From Gemmatimonadota bacterium (GTDB lineage: Bacteria; Gemmatimonadota; Gemmatimonadetes; Longimicrobiales; RSA9), in contig JBBDRO010000002.1 of assembly GCA_040905425.1 (NCBI GenBank), positions 39,731 through 64,227 on the forward strand: 24,497 nt of DNA, given 5' to 3'. Positions within the stretch are counted from its first letter, which is position 1; the number at the start of each line of letters is the position of its first letter. The position numbers and the translations under genes are program-made. Below, piece by piece: positions 7,632 to 16,767 of this stretch. The notes under the pieces were generated by a model, which saw nothing but the letters and a program-made list of their open reading frames with translations, searched no databases and was not told where the DNA came from.

Positions 7632-10307
7632 GTGGCGCGCATGCCCCGGGATGCCATACGCCGGCTCTTTCGCCTGCCGCTGCGGCGCAGGGATCTAACG
7701 GAGGCCCGGGTGGAGGAGGAGATCAGCTTCCACCTGGAGCAGCGCACCGAGCGTCTGATTGCGCAGGGGCTGCAGCCGGAGGCGGCACGCAGGGAGGCGC
7801 GCCGCCGCCTGGGTTCGGAGCACGAACTGCGCAGCGTCCGGCGCGCGGCGCTGCGGCGCGAGCGGCGGCTGCGGGTCCGGGACTGGACGGCGGACCTGAT
7901 GCAGGATCTCCGGCACGCCGGACGACGTCTGCGCGGCACGCCCGGGTTCACCACCGCCGCCCTGCTGACCCTGGCCCTGGGGATCGGCGCGGCCACGGCC
8001 GTGTTCACCGTGGTGGAAGGCGTGCTGCTGCGCCCCTTGCCCTTCCCCGAGCCGGACCGCCTCGTCCGCGTCTTCGAGGTGAACCCGGAAGGTGACGATC
8101 ACAACGTGGTGTCCCCCGGGAACTACCTGGATTGGCGGGGCAGCGGTGCGTTCGCGGTCCTGGGTGCCCACCGCTATCCCTACGGCGTCTCGCTCACGGG
8201 GGAAGGGGAGGCAGCCCGCGTTCGCATCCTGGACGTGGCGCCCGCGGTCATGGAGGCGCTGGGCAGGGACGCCCTGCTGGGGCGGCGGCTACTCCCGGAG
8301 GACGCCGCGGGTGACGGTCTCGTGGCCGTCCTCAGCCATGGCTTCTGGCGCAGCCGGTTCGGCGCGGACCGGGAGATCATTGGACGGAAGCTCCTGCTCA
8401 ACCAGCAGAGCGTGGAGGTCGTGGGCGTCATGCCGGAGGATTTCCGCCTGCCCACGCCCGAGCCGGACCTGTACCTGCCGCTCACCAACGGTGATCTGGA
8501 CCCGGACGAGCGCCGCGGCCACATGCTCTATGTCATCGGGCGCCTGGCGCCAGGCGCCCCGGTGGCGTCCGCGGAGAGCGAACTCCAGACGCTCGCCGCG
8601 GGACTGGCCACGAGCTATCCCGAAGCCATGAGCGGGTGGAGCGTGAACGTGGAGCCGCTCCAGGGGGACATGGTGGCCGAGGCCCGCCCGCTGCTGGTGG
8701 CGCTCATGGGCGCCGTGGCGCTCATCCTGCTCATTGCATGCGCCAACGTGGGGAACCTGCTCCTGGCCCGGGCGGTGGGTCGCGACCGGGAGATGACGGT
8801 GCGGGCCGCCCTGGGCGCGGGGCGCGGACGCCTGGTCCGGCAGCTCCTAGCCGAGGGTCTCCTCCTGGGTACGTTGGGAGGCGCTCTCGGCCTGGGTGCG
8901 GCCACGGTGGCCATGCCCCTGCTGCTGGCCCTGGCACCGGCGGACATCCCCCGCATCGAGACCGTCGGGCTGGGATCCGCAGCCATGGCCTTCGCGCTGG
9001 CCGCCACGCTGGCCAGCGTGCTGCTCTTCGCGCTCCTGCCGGCTCTGCGGATCACCCTGCCGGCAGGGCGCACGGGGCTGGGCACGCGGGACGCGGGCGC
9101 GGGCAGGGTGCAGGCTCGCCTCCAGTCGGCGTTCCTGGTGGGGGAGATAGCCCTCTCGCTGGTCCTCCTGGTAACGGCGGGGCTCCTGGTGCGCTCCGCC
9201 GCCCGGCTCCACCAGGTGGAGCTGGGCTTCACCAGCGGGGCACTGGCTGCGGCGTCCCTCGACCTGCCCGGGGCCCGCTACGGAGGGATCGAGCCCGCCA
9301 CCCGCTTCTATGCGGAGCTGACGGAGCGCGTGCGGGCCATCCCCGGCGTGGCGGCGGTTACCGGCACGACGGAGCCGCCGGTGGTCGGATTCGGGATGAC
9401 CTTCTCCTTCGCCATCCAGGGACGACCGGCCGGCACCGCCTCCGGACGGGAGGATGATGACAACCTGCGCGTGGTGCTGCCCGGCTATTTCGAGACGATG
9501 GGCATTCCCGTGCTCCGCGGTCGCGGCTTCATGCCCCAGGACCGTGCGGGCACCACACCCGTGCTCATCGTCAATGAGACACTAGCCCGCAAGCACTGGC
9601 CGGACGGCGGTGCCGTCGGGGCGCTCGTGAGCTTTGCCGGGCCCGACGAGGGTCCTTGGTGGGAGATCGTGGGGGTGGTCGGGGACACCCGGCTCGCCAG
9701 TGCGGCGGAGGCGCCCATCCCGGCCATCTACATGCCCCATGCGCAGCGCACCTGGGCGTGGATGTCCTGGCTGTCCCTGGTGGTCCGGACGGATCCTAAC
9801 GTGGATCCGGGCGGTCTGGGGGGCGCGATCCGGTCGGTGCTGCGCGAGCTGGATCCTGACGTTCCGCTGCACAGTCTGGAACCGGTGGAGGGTCTTTACG
9901 AGGACAGCCTGGCCCCGCGACGATTCGCCACGCTGCTCCTGGGCAGCTTCGCCGCCTTCGCCATGCTGCTCGGCGCGATCGGGCTGTACGGCGTGGTTTC
10001 CTACAACGTGGCGCAGCGGCATCGGGAGCTGGGCATCCGGAAGGCCCTGGGCGCCAGGGAGGGGGCGCTGGTGCGTCTCGTGCTCGCTCAGGGACTGCGC
10101 GTGGCCGTCCTGGGCATGGCGCTCGGCGCCATCCTGGCGCTGACGGGGACCCGCCTGGTCCACTCGCTCCTCTACGGCGTGTCCGCGACCGACCCCCTCA
10201 CATACGCAGCGGTCAGCGGGCTGCTCCTGGCGGTGGTGCTGGGCGCGTCCCTGGTACCGGCGCTGCGGGCGGCCCGCACGGATCCCGCCCGTGTGCTGCG
10301 GGAATAG
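7632..10307 (+). CDS. Duplicated ABC permease (ADOP type; two MacB/FtsX-like halves) no. 1
   Basis: N-terminal EEEISFHLEQR...EAARREARRRLG prefix, QDLRHAGRRL..PGFT..LTLALGIGA, LIACANVGNLLLAR, RAALGAGRGRLVRQLL, GLYGVVSY..RELGIRKALGA, PALRAARTDP. Start could be ATG 7641. Confidence 0.94.
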   Translation: MARMPRDAIRRLFRLPLRRRDLTEARVEEEISFHLEQRTERLIAQGLQPEAARREARRRLGSEHELRSVRRAALRRERRLRVRDWTADLMQDLRHAGRRLRGTPGFTTAALLTLALGIGAATAVFTVVEGVLLRPLPFPEPDRLVRVFEVNPEGDDHNVVSPGNYLDWRGSGAFAVLGAHRYPYGVSLTGEGEAARVRILDVAPAVMEALGRDALLGRRLLPEDAAGDGLVAVLSHGFWRSRFGADREIIGRKLLLNQQSVEVVGVMPEDFRLPTPEPDLYLPLTNGDLDPDERRGHMLYVIGRLAPGAPVASAESELQTLAAGLATSYPEAMSGWSVNVEPLQGDMVAEARPLLVALMGAVALILLIACANVGNLLLARAVGRDREMTVRAALGAGRGRLVRQLLAEGLLLGTLGGALGLGAATVAMPLLLALAPADIPRIETVGLGSAAMAFALAATLASVLLFALLPALRITLPAGRTGLGTRDAGAGRVQARLQSAFLVGEIALSLVLLVTAGLLVRSAARLHQVELGFTSGALAAASLDLPGARYGGIEPATRFYAELTERVRAIPGVAAVTGTTEPPVVGFGMTFSFAIQGRPAGTASGREDDDNLRVVLPGYFETMGIPVLRGRGFMPQDRAGTTPVLIVNETLARKHWPDGGAVGALVSFAGPDEGPWWEIVGVVGDTRLASAAEAPIPAIYMPHAQRTWAWMSWLSLVVRTDPNVDPGGLGGAIRSVLRELDPDVPLHSLEPVEGLYEDSLAPRRFATLLLGSFAAFAMLLGAIGLYGVVSYNVAQRHRELGIRKALGAREGALVRLVLAQGLRVAVLGMALGAILALTGTRLVHSLLYGVSATDPLTYAAVSGLLLAVVLGASLVPALRAARTDPARVLRE

Positions 10308-10396
10308 CGCGGCGGCCCCCGGAGCCTTCCCTTCGCTCTTGTGCCTTTGCCTGGCCCGATAGCGGCGGTGCGCCCCACGTCAGGGGCGCACCCCGC

Positions 10397-13063
10397 CTAC
10401 TCCGCCCGCATGGTCTCCATGGGACTGACCCTCGATGCCCTCAGCGACGGCAGGTAGCTGGCCGTCCACGCCGCGCCCGCCAGCACCAGCACCATGGCGG
10501 CGAAGGTGAGCGGATCCGCGGGCGCCACCCCGAAGAGCAGCGCTTCCAGGAGCCGCGTCAGCCACAGCGCCGCGGCACCCCCTACCAGCAGCCCGATCGC
10601 TGTGGCTCCCAGGAAATGGCGGCGTACCAGGCGGCGGACCGCCACCGGCTCCGCGCCCAGCGCCATACGGATGCCGATTTCCTTGGTGCGCCGCTCCACC
10701 GCGTAGGACACCACGCCATAGATCCCCACGCACGCCAGGAGCAGCGCCAAACCGGCAAAGCCGAGCAGCAGCGTGAGCGTGAAGCGCCGTTCCGTCAGGG
10801 CGCCCGCCAGCCGCTCTTCGATGGTGCTGAAGCCGAGCGGTACCTCGCCGTCCACCCGTGCCAGGGCCTGCCGCACGGCCGGCGCGAGCGCGACGGGCGG
10901 CCCAGCGCTGGCGGTGAGCACCACGCTCATGCTGCGGGTGCGCTGCAATCGCTGCCCCAGCGGGAAATAGTACGTCAGCTCCGGGTCGTCGGTGAGGGCG
11001 CGCTGGCGGACGTTGCCCACCACGCCGATGACCGTGGCCCAGCGGTCCTGCTCGTAGTATTCGTCCATGCCGCCGCCGGTGAGGCGCTTGCCGATGGGAT
11101 CCTCCCCCGGCCAGACAGCGTCGGCAAAGGCCTGGTTCACCAGCGCCACGTGCGGCTGGTCCGGCACCTCCCCGCCGTCGAACATGCGCCCCCGCACGAG
11201 CGGGATCCCGAGCACGTCGAAGTAGCCAGGCGTGACCAGCTGGTAGTAGCCGGTAGCGAACGGCGTGGCGGCCTGGCTCACGTCCACGCGGCCGTTGCCG
11301 AGCTGCGCGATCGGTGCGGCGCTCGCCAGCCCAACGCGCGCAACGCCGGGAACCGCCTCCGCGGTCTCCAGGACCGCCTGGAAAAAGCGCGTGCGGGTGG
11401 CCCCGTCCGGGTAGCGCCCCGCCGGTGGCGAGATGGAGACGGTCAGGACGTCCTCCGTGACGTAGCCCGGGTCCACGGCCAGCACCGACCAGAAGCTGCG
11501 CAGCAGCAGCCCCGAACCCACCAGGAGCGTCAGGGCCAGGGCCACCTCCAGCGCCACCAGGCCGGACCACACGCGGTGCTCGCGGCGTCCGCTACCGCCG
11601 CGCGCGCCGCTGCGCAGCGTGCCGGCCAGTTCGCCGGCGGAGTCGCGCAGCGCCGGGAGTAGACCCGTCAACACAGCGGTCAGGACGGCCGCCGCCACCG
11701 TGAAGGCCAGTACCGAGCCGTCCACGCGGACCTGGTCCAGTCGGGGGAACCCCTCCGGTGCCAGGAGCGGCAGGAGGCGCACCAGCCAGACGGCCAGGCC
11801 CGTGCCCAGCGCCGCGCCCAGGACGGCCAGCATGAGGCTCTCCGTGAAGAGCTGCCGGATCACCCGTGCGCGCCCCGCTCCCAGGGAGCGGCGCACGGCC
11901 AGTTCGCGGACCCGTGCCGTGCCGCGGGCCAGCGTGGTGCTCGCCAGGTTCGTGCACGCCACCAGCAGCACCAGCCCGGCCGCGCCGAGCAGAATCAGGA
12001 GCGCGCGGCGGGTGTTGCCCACCATGGCCTCGCGGAGACCAACCACCTCCGCCTGAGCCGGCCAGAACGCGGAGGTGCCGTCCACGTTCGCGGCGGAGCT
12101 CACCTCCAGGAAGGAGGCGGTGATCGCGTCCAGTTCAGCATCCGCCTGCGTGATGCTGGCCCCAGAGGCGAGCCGCCCGAGGGTGCGCCAGTTGTGGGCG
12201 GTGCGCGACTGCGTCTGCTCGAAGATCTCCATCGGCACCCAGAGGTCCGTGCCCTCCGGGTAGGAGAAGCCCGCCGGCGCCACGCCCACCACCGCCACGT
12301 CCAGGCCATCCGCGTTCAACCGCAGCCCCTCGAGCGGAGCGGCACCGAGCCTGGTGGTCCAGAAGGCGTGGCTCACCACCACCACGGGCGCGGCACCCAG
12401 CACCTGCTCCTCGGGCGCGAAGTCCCGCCCGACCGCTGGCACCGCGCCCAGCACCTCGAAGAAGCCGCGACTGACCAGCACCGACCGCGCCCGCTCCGCG
12501 ACGCCCCCAGCCACCACGCTGATGGTTCCGCCCCCGTTGTCGTGGGCCACCAGCGCGTCGAAGGACTGTGCCCGGTCGCGCCAGTCCGCGAAGTTGCGCC
12601 ACGCGCTGCCCATGCGATCCCCGGCGGGATTGACCTCCCACACCCGCACCAGCCGCTCCGGCTCGGGGTAGGGGAGCGGCCGCAGCAGTACGCCGTTGAC
12701 CACGCTGAAGACGGCGGTGTTGGCGCCTATGCCCAGAAGCAGCGTCAGGAGCGCCACCAGCGTGTAGCCCGGACTCCGCCGCAACGTCCGCCCGGCGAAC
12801 TTCAGGTCCTGCAGTACCGATTCCAGCATCCCCGCCCTCCTCCGCGCCCGTCGGGACGCGCGTTCGATGGTCTGCATCTCACTCTCGATGGCCACCCGGT
12901 TGCCCAGGAGGCGCTCCGCCTCGGCCCGCGCCGCGTCCGGCGCCCAGCCGGCGGCCACCAGCTCCATGGCCCGCTCCTCCACGTGGTGGTGAAGCTCCCG
13001 GGCCACGTCCTCCCGCACGGGCACGGCATGCAGCACGGGGCGCGTCAGACGGCGCCGCCTCAC
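10397..13063 (-). CDS. Duplicated ABC permease (ADOP type) no. 2
   Basis: Prefix RELHHHVEER...DAARAEAERLLG, QDLKFAGRTLRRSPG, LGIGANTAVFSVVNGVLLRPLPY, GIYGVVSYAVERRTKEIGIRMALGA. Start placed at GTG 13063, overlapping the padR-2 stop (GTGA). Confidence 0.94.
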   Translation of the reverse strand: MRRRRLTRPVLHAVPVREDVARELHHHVEERAMELVAAGWAPDAARAEAERLLGNRVAIESEMQTIERASRRARRRAGMLESVLQDLKFAGRTLRRSPGYTLVALLTLLLGIGANTAVFSVVNGVLLRPLPYPEPERLVRVWEVNPAGDRMGSAWRNFADWRDRAQSFDALVAHDNGGGTISVVAGGVAERARSVLVSRGFFEVLGAVPAVGRDFAPEEQVLGAAPVVVVSHAFWTTRLGAAPLEGLRLNADGLDVAVVGVAPAGFSYPEGTDLWVPMEIFEQTQSRTAHNWRTLGRLASGASITQADAELDAITASFLEVSSAANVDGTSAFWPAQAEVVGLREAMVGNTRRALLILLGAAGLVLLVACTNLASTTLARGTARVRELAVRRSLGAGRARVIRQLFTESLMLAVLGAALGTGLAVWLVRLLPLLAPEGFPRLDQVRVDGSVLAFTVAAAVLTAVLTGLLPALRDSAGELAGTLRSGARGGSGRREHRVWSGLVALEVALALTLLVGSGLLLRSFWSVLAVDPGYVTEDVLTVSISPPAGRYPDGATRTRFFQAVLETAEAVPGVARVGLASAAPIAQLGNGRVDVSQAATPFATGYYQLVTPGYFDVLGIPLVRGRMFDGGEVPDQPHVALVNQAFADAVWPGEDPIGKRLTGGGMDEYYEQDRWATVIGVVGNVRQRALTDDPELTYYFPLGQRLQRTRSMSVVLTASAGPPVALAPAVRQALARVDGEVPLGFSTIEERLAGALTERRFTLTLLLGFAGLALLLACVGIYGVVSYAVERRTKEIGIRMALGAEPVAVRRLVRRHFLGATAIGLLVGGAAALWLTRLLEALLFGVAPADPLTFAAMVLVLAGAAWTASYLPSLRASRVSPMETMRAE

Positions 13064-13407
13064 GCGGCCGCCGGCGCGGTGGCATAGAGCACCCGGCCCA
13101 TGGCCTCCACGTAGCGCCCCCAGTCGCGCACATCGCGGCGCAGCGCTGCCTTTCCTTCCCGGGTGAGTTCGTAGAAGCGGGCGTCCCGGCCCGTCTCCGT
13201 CGTGGCCCACTCGGATTTCAGGAGCCCCTTCTTCTCCAGGCGCCGGAGGGCCGGGTAGAGGGCGCCCTCCTCCACGCGGAAGGCCTCCTCCGTGGCGGAG
13301 CGGATGGTCCGTGAGATGGCGTAGCCGTGCAGGGGTCCCCAGGACACGGTCTTGAGGATGAGGACGTCCAGCGTGCCCTTGAGCAGTTCCATGGACCGGT
13401 CGGTCAT
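13060..13407 (-). CDS. PadR family transcriptional regulator (ADOP-associated type) no. 2
   Basis: ELLKGTLDVLILKT, LHGYAI, VEEGALYPALRRLEKKGLLKSEW, RFYELT. ATG 13407 follows GGAG. Confidence 0.94.
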   Translation of the reverse strand: MTDRSMELLKGTLDVLILKTVSWGPLHGYAISRTIRSATEEAFRVEEGALYPALRRLEKKGLLKSEWATTETGRDARFYELTREGKAALRRDVRDWGRYVEAMGRVLYATAPAAA

Positions 13408-13452
13408 GTGCAGCTTCTCCGGCGGGCGTGAGGGATCCGGCCACGATGGCCG

Positions 13453-13500
13453 TTGACACATAAGACAGCGATGGGTAACAGAACGTTGCATCGGTGTCAA
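13453..13500 (-). promoter_or_regulatory. Putative sigma70 promoter / operator of padR-2
   Basis: Perfect TTGACA -35 on the minus strand at 13500-13495, with a weak -10 at 17-bp spacing. The region is bracketed by the inverted repeat TTGACAC (13453-13459) ... GTGTCAA (13494-13500). Confidence 0.45.
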
Positions 13501-13523
13501 GAATATGGTCGTCGCCCGGCCGG

Positions 13524-16217
13524 CTACTCCCCCTCCAGCACCACCCGCACCTCGGTCCGCGCCGCCCGGAGCGCCGGCAGCAGAGACGCCGCCAGCGCGG
13601 CAAGCGCCAGCAGCGCCGCCGTGCCGGCCAGCAGGCGCGGGTCTCCCGGGGAGGTGCGGTAGACCAGCGCCGCCAGCACCCGCCCCAGCGCCAGCGACCC
13701 GGCTATCCCCAGCACCAGCCCGCCAGCCGTCAGGGCAAGCCCCTGCCGCACCACCAGCCCCGCCACCTGCGCGGCGCGGGCGCCCAGCGCCAGGCGGATG
13801 CCGAGCTCCCGGCGCCGCATCCCCACGGCATAGGCCAGCACGCCGTAGAGCCCCAGGAGCGCCAGGGAGAGGGCCAGCCCCGCGAAGACCGCCGTCAACA
13901 CGAAGGCAAAACTCCGCTGGCTCCGGCCCCGCCCCAGCACGTCGGCCAGCGGCGCGGGCTGATGCACCACCAGGAGGGGATCCGCCGCGGCGATTTCCCG
14001 TCGCACCGCCGGGAGGAGCGTCATGGGGTCCTCCCCCTCGGCCCCTACCAGATAGTTCATGGTCCAGAAGCGCTCGGCGTACTCGTCATGCAGGTGGTAG
14101 AGGTGGGGCATGGGCTCCCCCTCGGTGTCCCCGGCCACGTCACGCACCACGCCGATCACGGTACGGTTCTGCCCGCCCCCCCGCGTGCGCTGGCCGATGG
14201 CCGAGGTGCCGGGGAAGAGGGCCTCCGCCGTGGAGCGGCTGATGATGGCCACCGTGTCGGGGCTTGCCACGTCGCGGGCATCGAAGAGCCGGCCCTCCAG
14301 CAGCTCGATGCCCACCACGCGGAAGTAGTCTCCCGCCACCACGCGCTGGTCCACGGGGAAGAAGGACGGCTCGTCGCTGGCCAGCGGCCCGGTGAGGGGA
14401 AAGGTGCCCCAGTTGTAGGCCATCCCGGTGGCGGGGAGCCAGGTGGTGGCGCCCGCGGCGCGCACCCCCGGGAGCGCCGCCAGGCGCTCCGTCATCCGGC
14501 GGTGGAACGCCGCCCGCGCGGGACCGTCGTAGCGCGCGGCGGGAAGATTGAGCTCGAAGGTGAGCACGGCGTCGTCGCTTAAACCAAGGTCCACATCCAG
14601 GAGCCGGTGCATGCTGGCCCCCAGCACGGCGGCGCCGGAGAGGAGCATCACCGCCAGCGCCACCTGGCCCGCCACCAGGAAGGCCCGGACCCGGGCATAG
14701 CCGCGTCCCGCGGAACTGCCGCGGCCCCCGTCGCGGAGCGCCTCACCGGGCCGCGTGCCGCCCAGGCGGAGCGCGGGGGCCAGGCCGAACGCCGCCCCGG
14801 TGAGCAGCGTCACGGCCGCGGCGAAGGCCAGCGCCGCCGGGTCCACGCCCACCTCGGCAGCGCGGGGCAGGGCGCTGCCACCCAGCGCCAGGAGGCCGCG
14901 GACGCCCAGCACCGCTACGCCCAGCCCCGCCGCGCCGCCCACCGCCGCCAGCAGCAGGCTCTCCGTCATGAGTTGCCCCGCGATGCGCACCCTCCGCGCC
15001 CCCAGCGCCGCCCGCACCGCCATCTCCCGCCGCCGCCCCAGCGCCCGCACCATCTGCAGGTTGGCCACGTTCACCACGGCAATGAGGAGCACGATGCCCA
15101 CCGCACCCGCCAGGAGGAGAAGCCCGGGGCGGGCCGCCCGCACCACGTCCTCGTGCAGGGGGCGCAGATGGAAGTGGGTGTCATCCGCCGCGTCGGGGAA
15201 GCGCTCGGCCAGCGCCCGATCCAGCGACGCCATCTCAGCCCGGGCCGCCGCCGGCGTCACGCCGTCACGTAGCCGGCCGATCATCCCCAGGTAGTGGTTG
15301 CCCGGACTCTGCTCCCTCACCAGGTCCTCGGGAATCCAGGCCTCCACGGCGCCCATCAGCGGGTCCTCGAGGTCCGCGGGCATGACCCCCACCACCGTGC
15401 GCCGCGTGCCGTCCATTTCCACCGTTGCGCCGGGGGCGCCATCCGGACCCAGCCGCCGTTGCAGCCGCTCCGAGATCACCACCACGGGTGCGGGCGCTTC
15501 ATCGGCCCGCGTGAAGCCGCGCCCCGCCCGGGGCGGCACGCCCAGCACGTCGAAGTAGTCCCCGCTCACACGCAGCACGCGAATGCGCTCCGCCTGCCCG
15601 CCCACCATGAGATCGGCCGCCGTCTCGTCGTAGGCGTAGACGGTGGCCACGCCCGCGAAGGAGGCCGCGTGCTCGCGGTAGTGGAGAAAGTGGGGCTGGG
15701 TGACGCTGCCGAACGCGGTGGGGTCCTCGATGTCATACTGGTAGAAGCGCACCAGCTCCCGCGGCTCCGGATAGGGCAGCGGCTCCACGAGCACCGCCCG
15801 CACCACCGTGTAGACCGCCGTGGTGCCGCCGATGCCCAGCGCCAGGGTGACGAGCACCACCAGGGTAAAGGCCGGCGTGCGGAGCAGCCCGCGCGCGGTG
15901 TGGCGGAGGTCCGTTGCCGTCATGATCTGCCTCTTTTCCGGTAAGCGACGATGCCCGTCCGGCGTCCATGCCACACGCTCCCCCTGCGCCGTGTCCTCCC
16001 GTTCCCGCCACGCGCCCGGGGCATTGCCCAGCAGTGCGGCGGCCGCGCGGGGCAGCCAGAGGAGGGCGTGGAGCGCGCCGCGCTCCCGCACGAGCGCGTC
16101 GGCACGGAGACGGTGCGCCTCCACCACTTCCGCTCCGGCCTCCCGGCGGAAGGCGGGCGGATAGAGGAGGAGGAGGGCCCGGGCCATGCTGGCGGCGGCG
16201 CGGCCGGCGAGGCTCAC
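13524..16217 (-). CDS. Duplicated ABC permease (ADOP type) no. 3
   Basis: Different N-terminal prefix (ALLLLYPPAFRREAGAEV), DLRHTARGLLRTPAFT..TLALGIGG, NVANLQMVR..RAALGA, GLYGVLAYAVGMRRRELGIRLALGA. The start is uncertain (GTG 16217 or the ATG ten codons later). Confidence 0.92.
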   Translation of the reverse strand: MSLAGRAAASMARALLLLYPPAFRREAGAEVVEAHRLRADALVRERGALHALLWLPRAAAALLGNAPGAWREREDTAQGERVAWTPDGHRRLPEKRQIMTATDLRHTARGLLRTPAFTLVVLVTLALGIGGTTAVYTVVRAVLVEPLPYPEPRELVRFYQYDIEDPTAFGSVTQPHFLHYREHAASFAGVATVYAYDETAADLMVGGQAERIRVLRVSGDYFDVLGVPPRAGRGFTRADEAPAPVVVISERLQRRLGPDGAPGATVEMDGTRRTVVGVMPADLEDPLMGAVEAWIPEDLVREQSPGNHYLGMIGRLRDGVTPAAARAEMASLDRALAERFPDAADDTHFHLRPLHEDVVRAARPGLLLLAGAVGIVLLIAVVNVANLQMVRALGRRREMAVRAALGARRVRIAGQLMTESLLLAAVGGAAGLGVAVLGVRGLLALGGSALPRAAEVGVDPAALAFAAAVTLLTGAAFGLAPALRLGGTRPGEALRDGGRGSSAGRGYARVRAFLVAGQVALAVMLLSGAAVLGASMHRLLDVDLGLSDDAVLTFELNLPAARYDGPARAAFHRRMTERLAALPGVRAAGATTWLPATGMAYNWGTFPLTGPLASDEPSFFPVDQRVVAGDYFRVVGIELLEGRLFDARDVASPDTVAIISRSTAEALFPGTSAIGQRTRGGGQNRTVIGVVRDVAGDTEGEPMPHLYHLHDEYAERFWTMNYLVGAEGEDPMTLLPAVRREIAAADPLLVVHQPAPLADVLGRGRSQRSFAFVLTAVFAGLALSLALLGLYGVLAYAVGMRRRELGIRLALGARAAQVAGLVVRQGLALTAGGLVLGIAGSLALGRVLAALVYRTSPGDPRLLAGTAALLALAALAASLLPALRAARTEVRVVLEGE

Positions 16218-16293
16218 GCTGCCACCGTCGTGCGGGGCATGCCGCGGCGGCGCGGGCCGGAGCCGACGTGCACTGGCGGACGGCGGAGCCGCC

Positions 16294-16650
16294 TCATGCG
16301 CTCGCCTCCGCCACGCGCGCCCGGCCCGCGGCCAGCAGCACCTCCAGACGCCGGAGTTCGGCCGCCAGCACCCGCCCCCCCAGCGCCGTGGCCTGCCAGT
16401 ACTCCCGCCGGGCGTCCTCCTCCGCCTCCGCCGGCGGCGCCTTGGCGGGGCGGATGAGCCCGTCCTTCCGCATTCGCCGGAGCGCCCGGTACAGGGTGGG
16501 GATCTCGAAGCCCGGCCGACCGCCGCTCCGTTCATCCGCCTCCTGCAGGATGGCGTAGCCGTGCCGGGGGCGGTCCACCACGGAGAGGAGGACGCTGAGC
16601 TCCACCTCGCGGAGGGGGAGATGGGCGTATGGGTCGTGGTGTGGGTTCAT
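16294..16650 (-). CDS. PadR family transcriptional regulator no. 3 (different subtype)
   Basis: LPLREVELSVLLSV..RPRHGYAILQE, PTLYRALRRMRKDGLI, RREYWQATALGGRVL. Confidence 0.9.
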   Translation of the reverse strand: MNPHHDPYAHLPLREVELSVLLSVVDRPRHGYAILQEADERSGGRPGFEIPTLYRALRRMRKDGLIRPAKAPPAEAEEDARREYWQATALGGRVLAAELRRLEVLLAAGRARVAEASA

Positions 16651-16685
16651 GGCGGTGCGCGTGGTGGGGTTCGTTGCTCTTACTT

Positions 16686-16719
16686 ACGCCACGTTAGTAG
16701 ACTAGTCGCGTGGCGTCAA
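16686..16719 (-). promoter_or_regulatory. Sigma70 promoter of padR-3 overlapped by a palindromic operator
   Basis: Minus strand TTGACG (16719-16714), 17 bp, TAACGT (16696-16691). A perfect inverted repeat ACGCCACG (16686-16693)-N15-CGTGGCGT (16709-16716) overlaps both boxes. Confidence 0.65.
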
Positions 16720-16767
16720 TAGCTGGGCGGTGAACCCGGCGGGCCGCGGGGCGGGGTCGAGTGGGCG

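Noticed and set aside
10308..10396. Bidirectional terminator between the convergent permeases
   Set aside because: No convincing stem with U tracts found by eye.
13063..13603. N-terminal extension of the 1068-aa ORF suggesting a PadR-permease fusion
   Set aside because: PadR-2 is in a different frame with its own stop overlapping the permease GTG. The extension is low-complexity read-through.
229..16558. Many long overlapping or antisense ORFs (e.g. 229-1608 +, 3828-5861 +, 10380-11570 -, 13494-14582 +)
   Set aside because: Shadow frames of well-supported genes in very GC-rich DNA. They are Arg/Gly/Pro-rich with no recognisable motifs.
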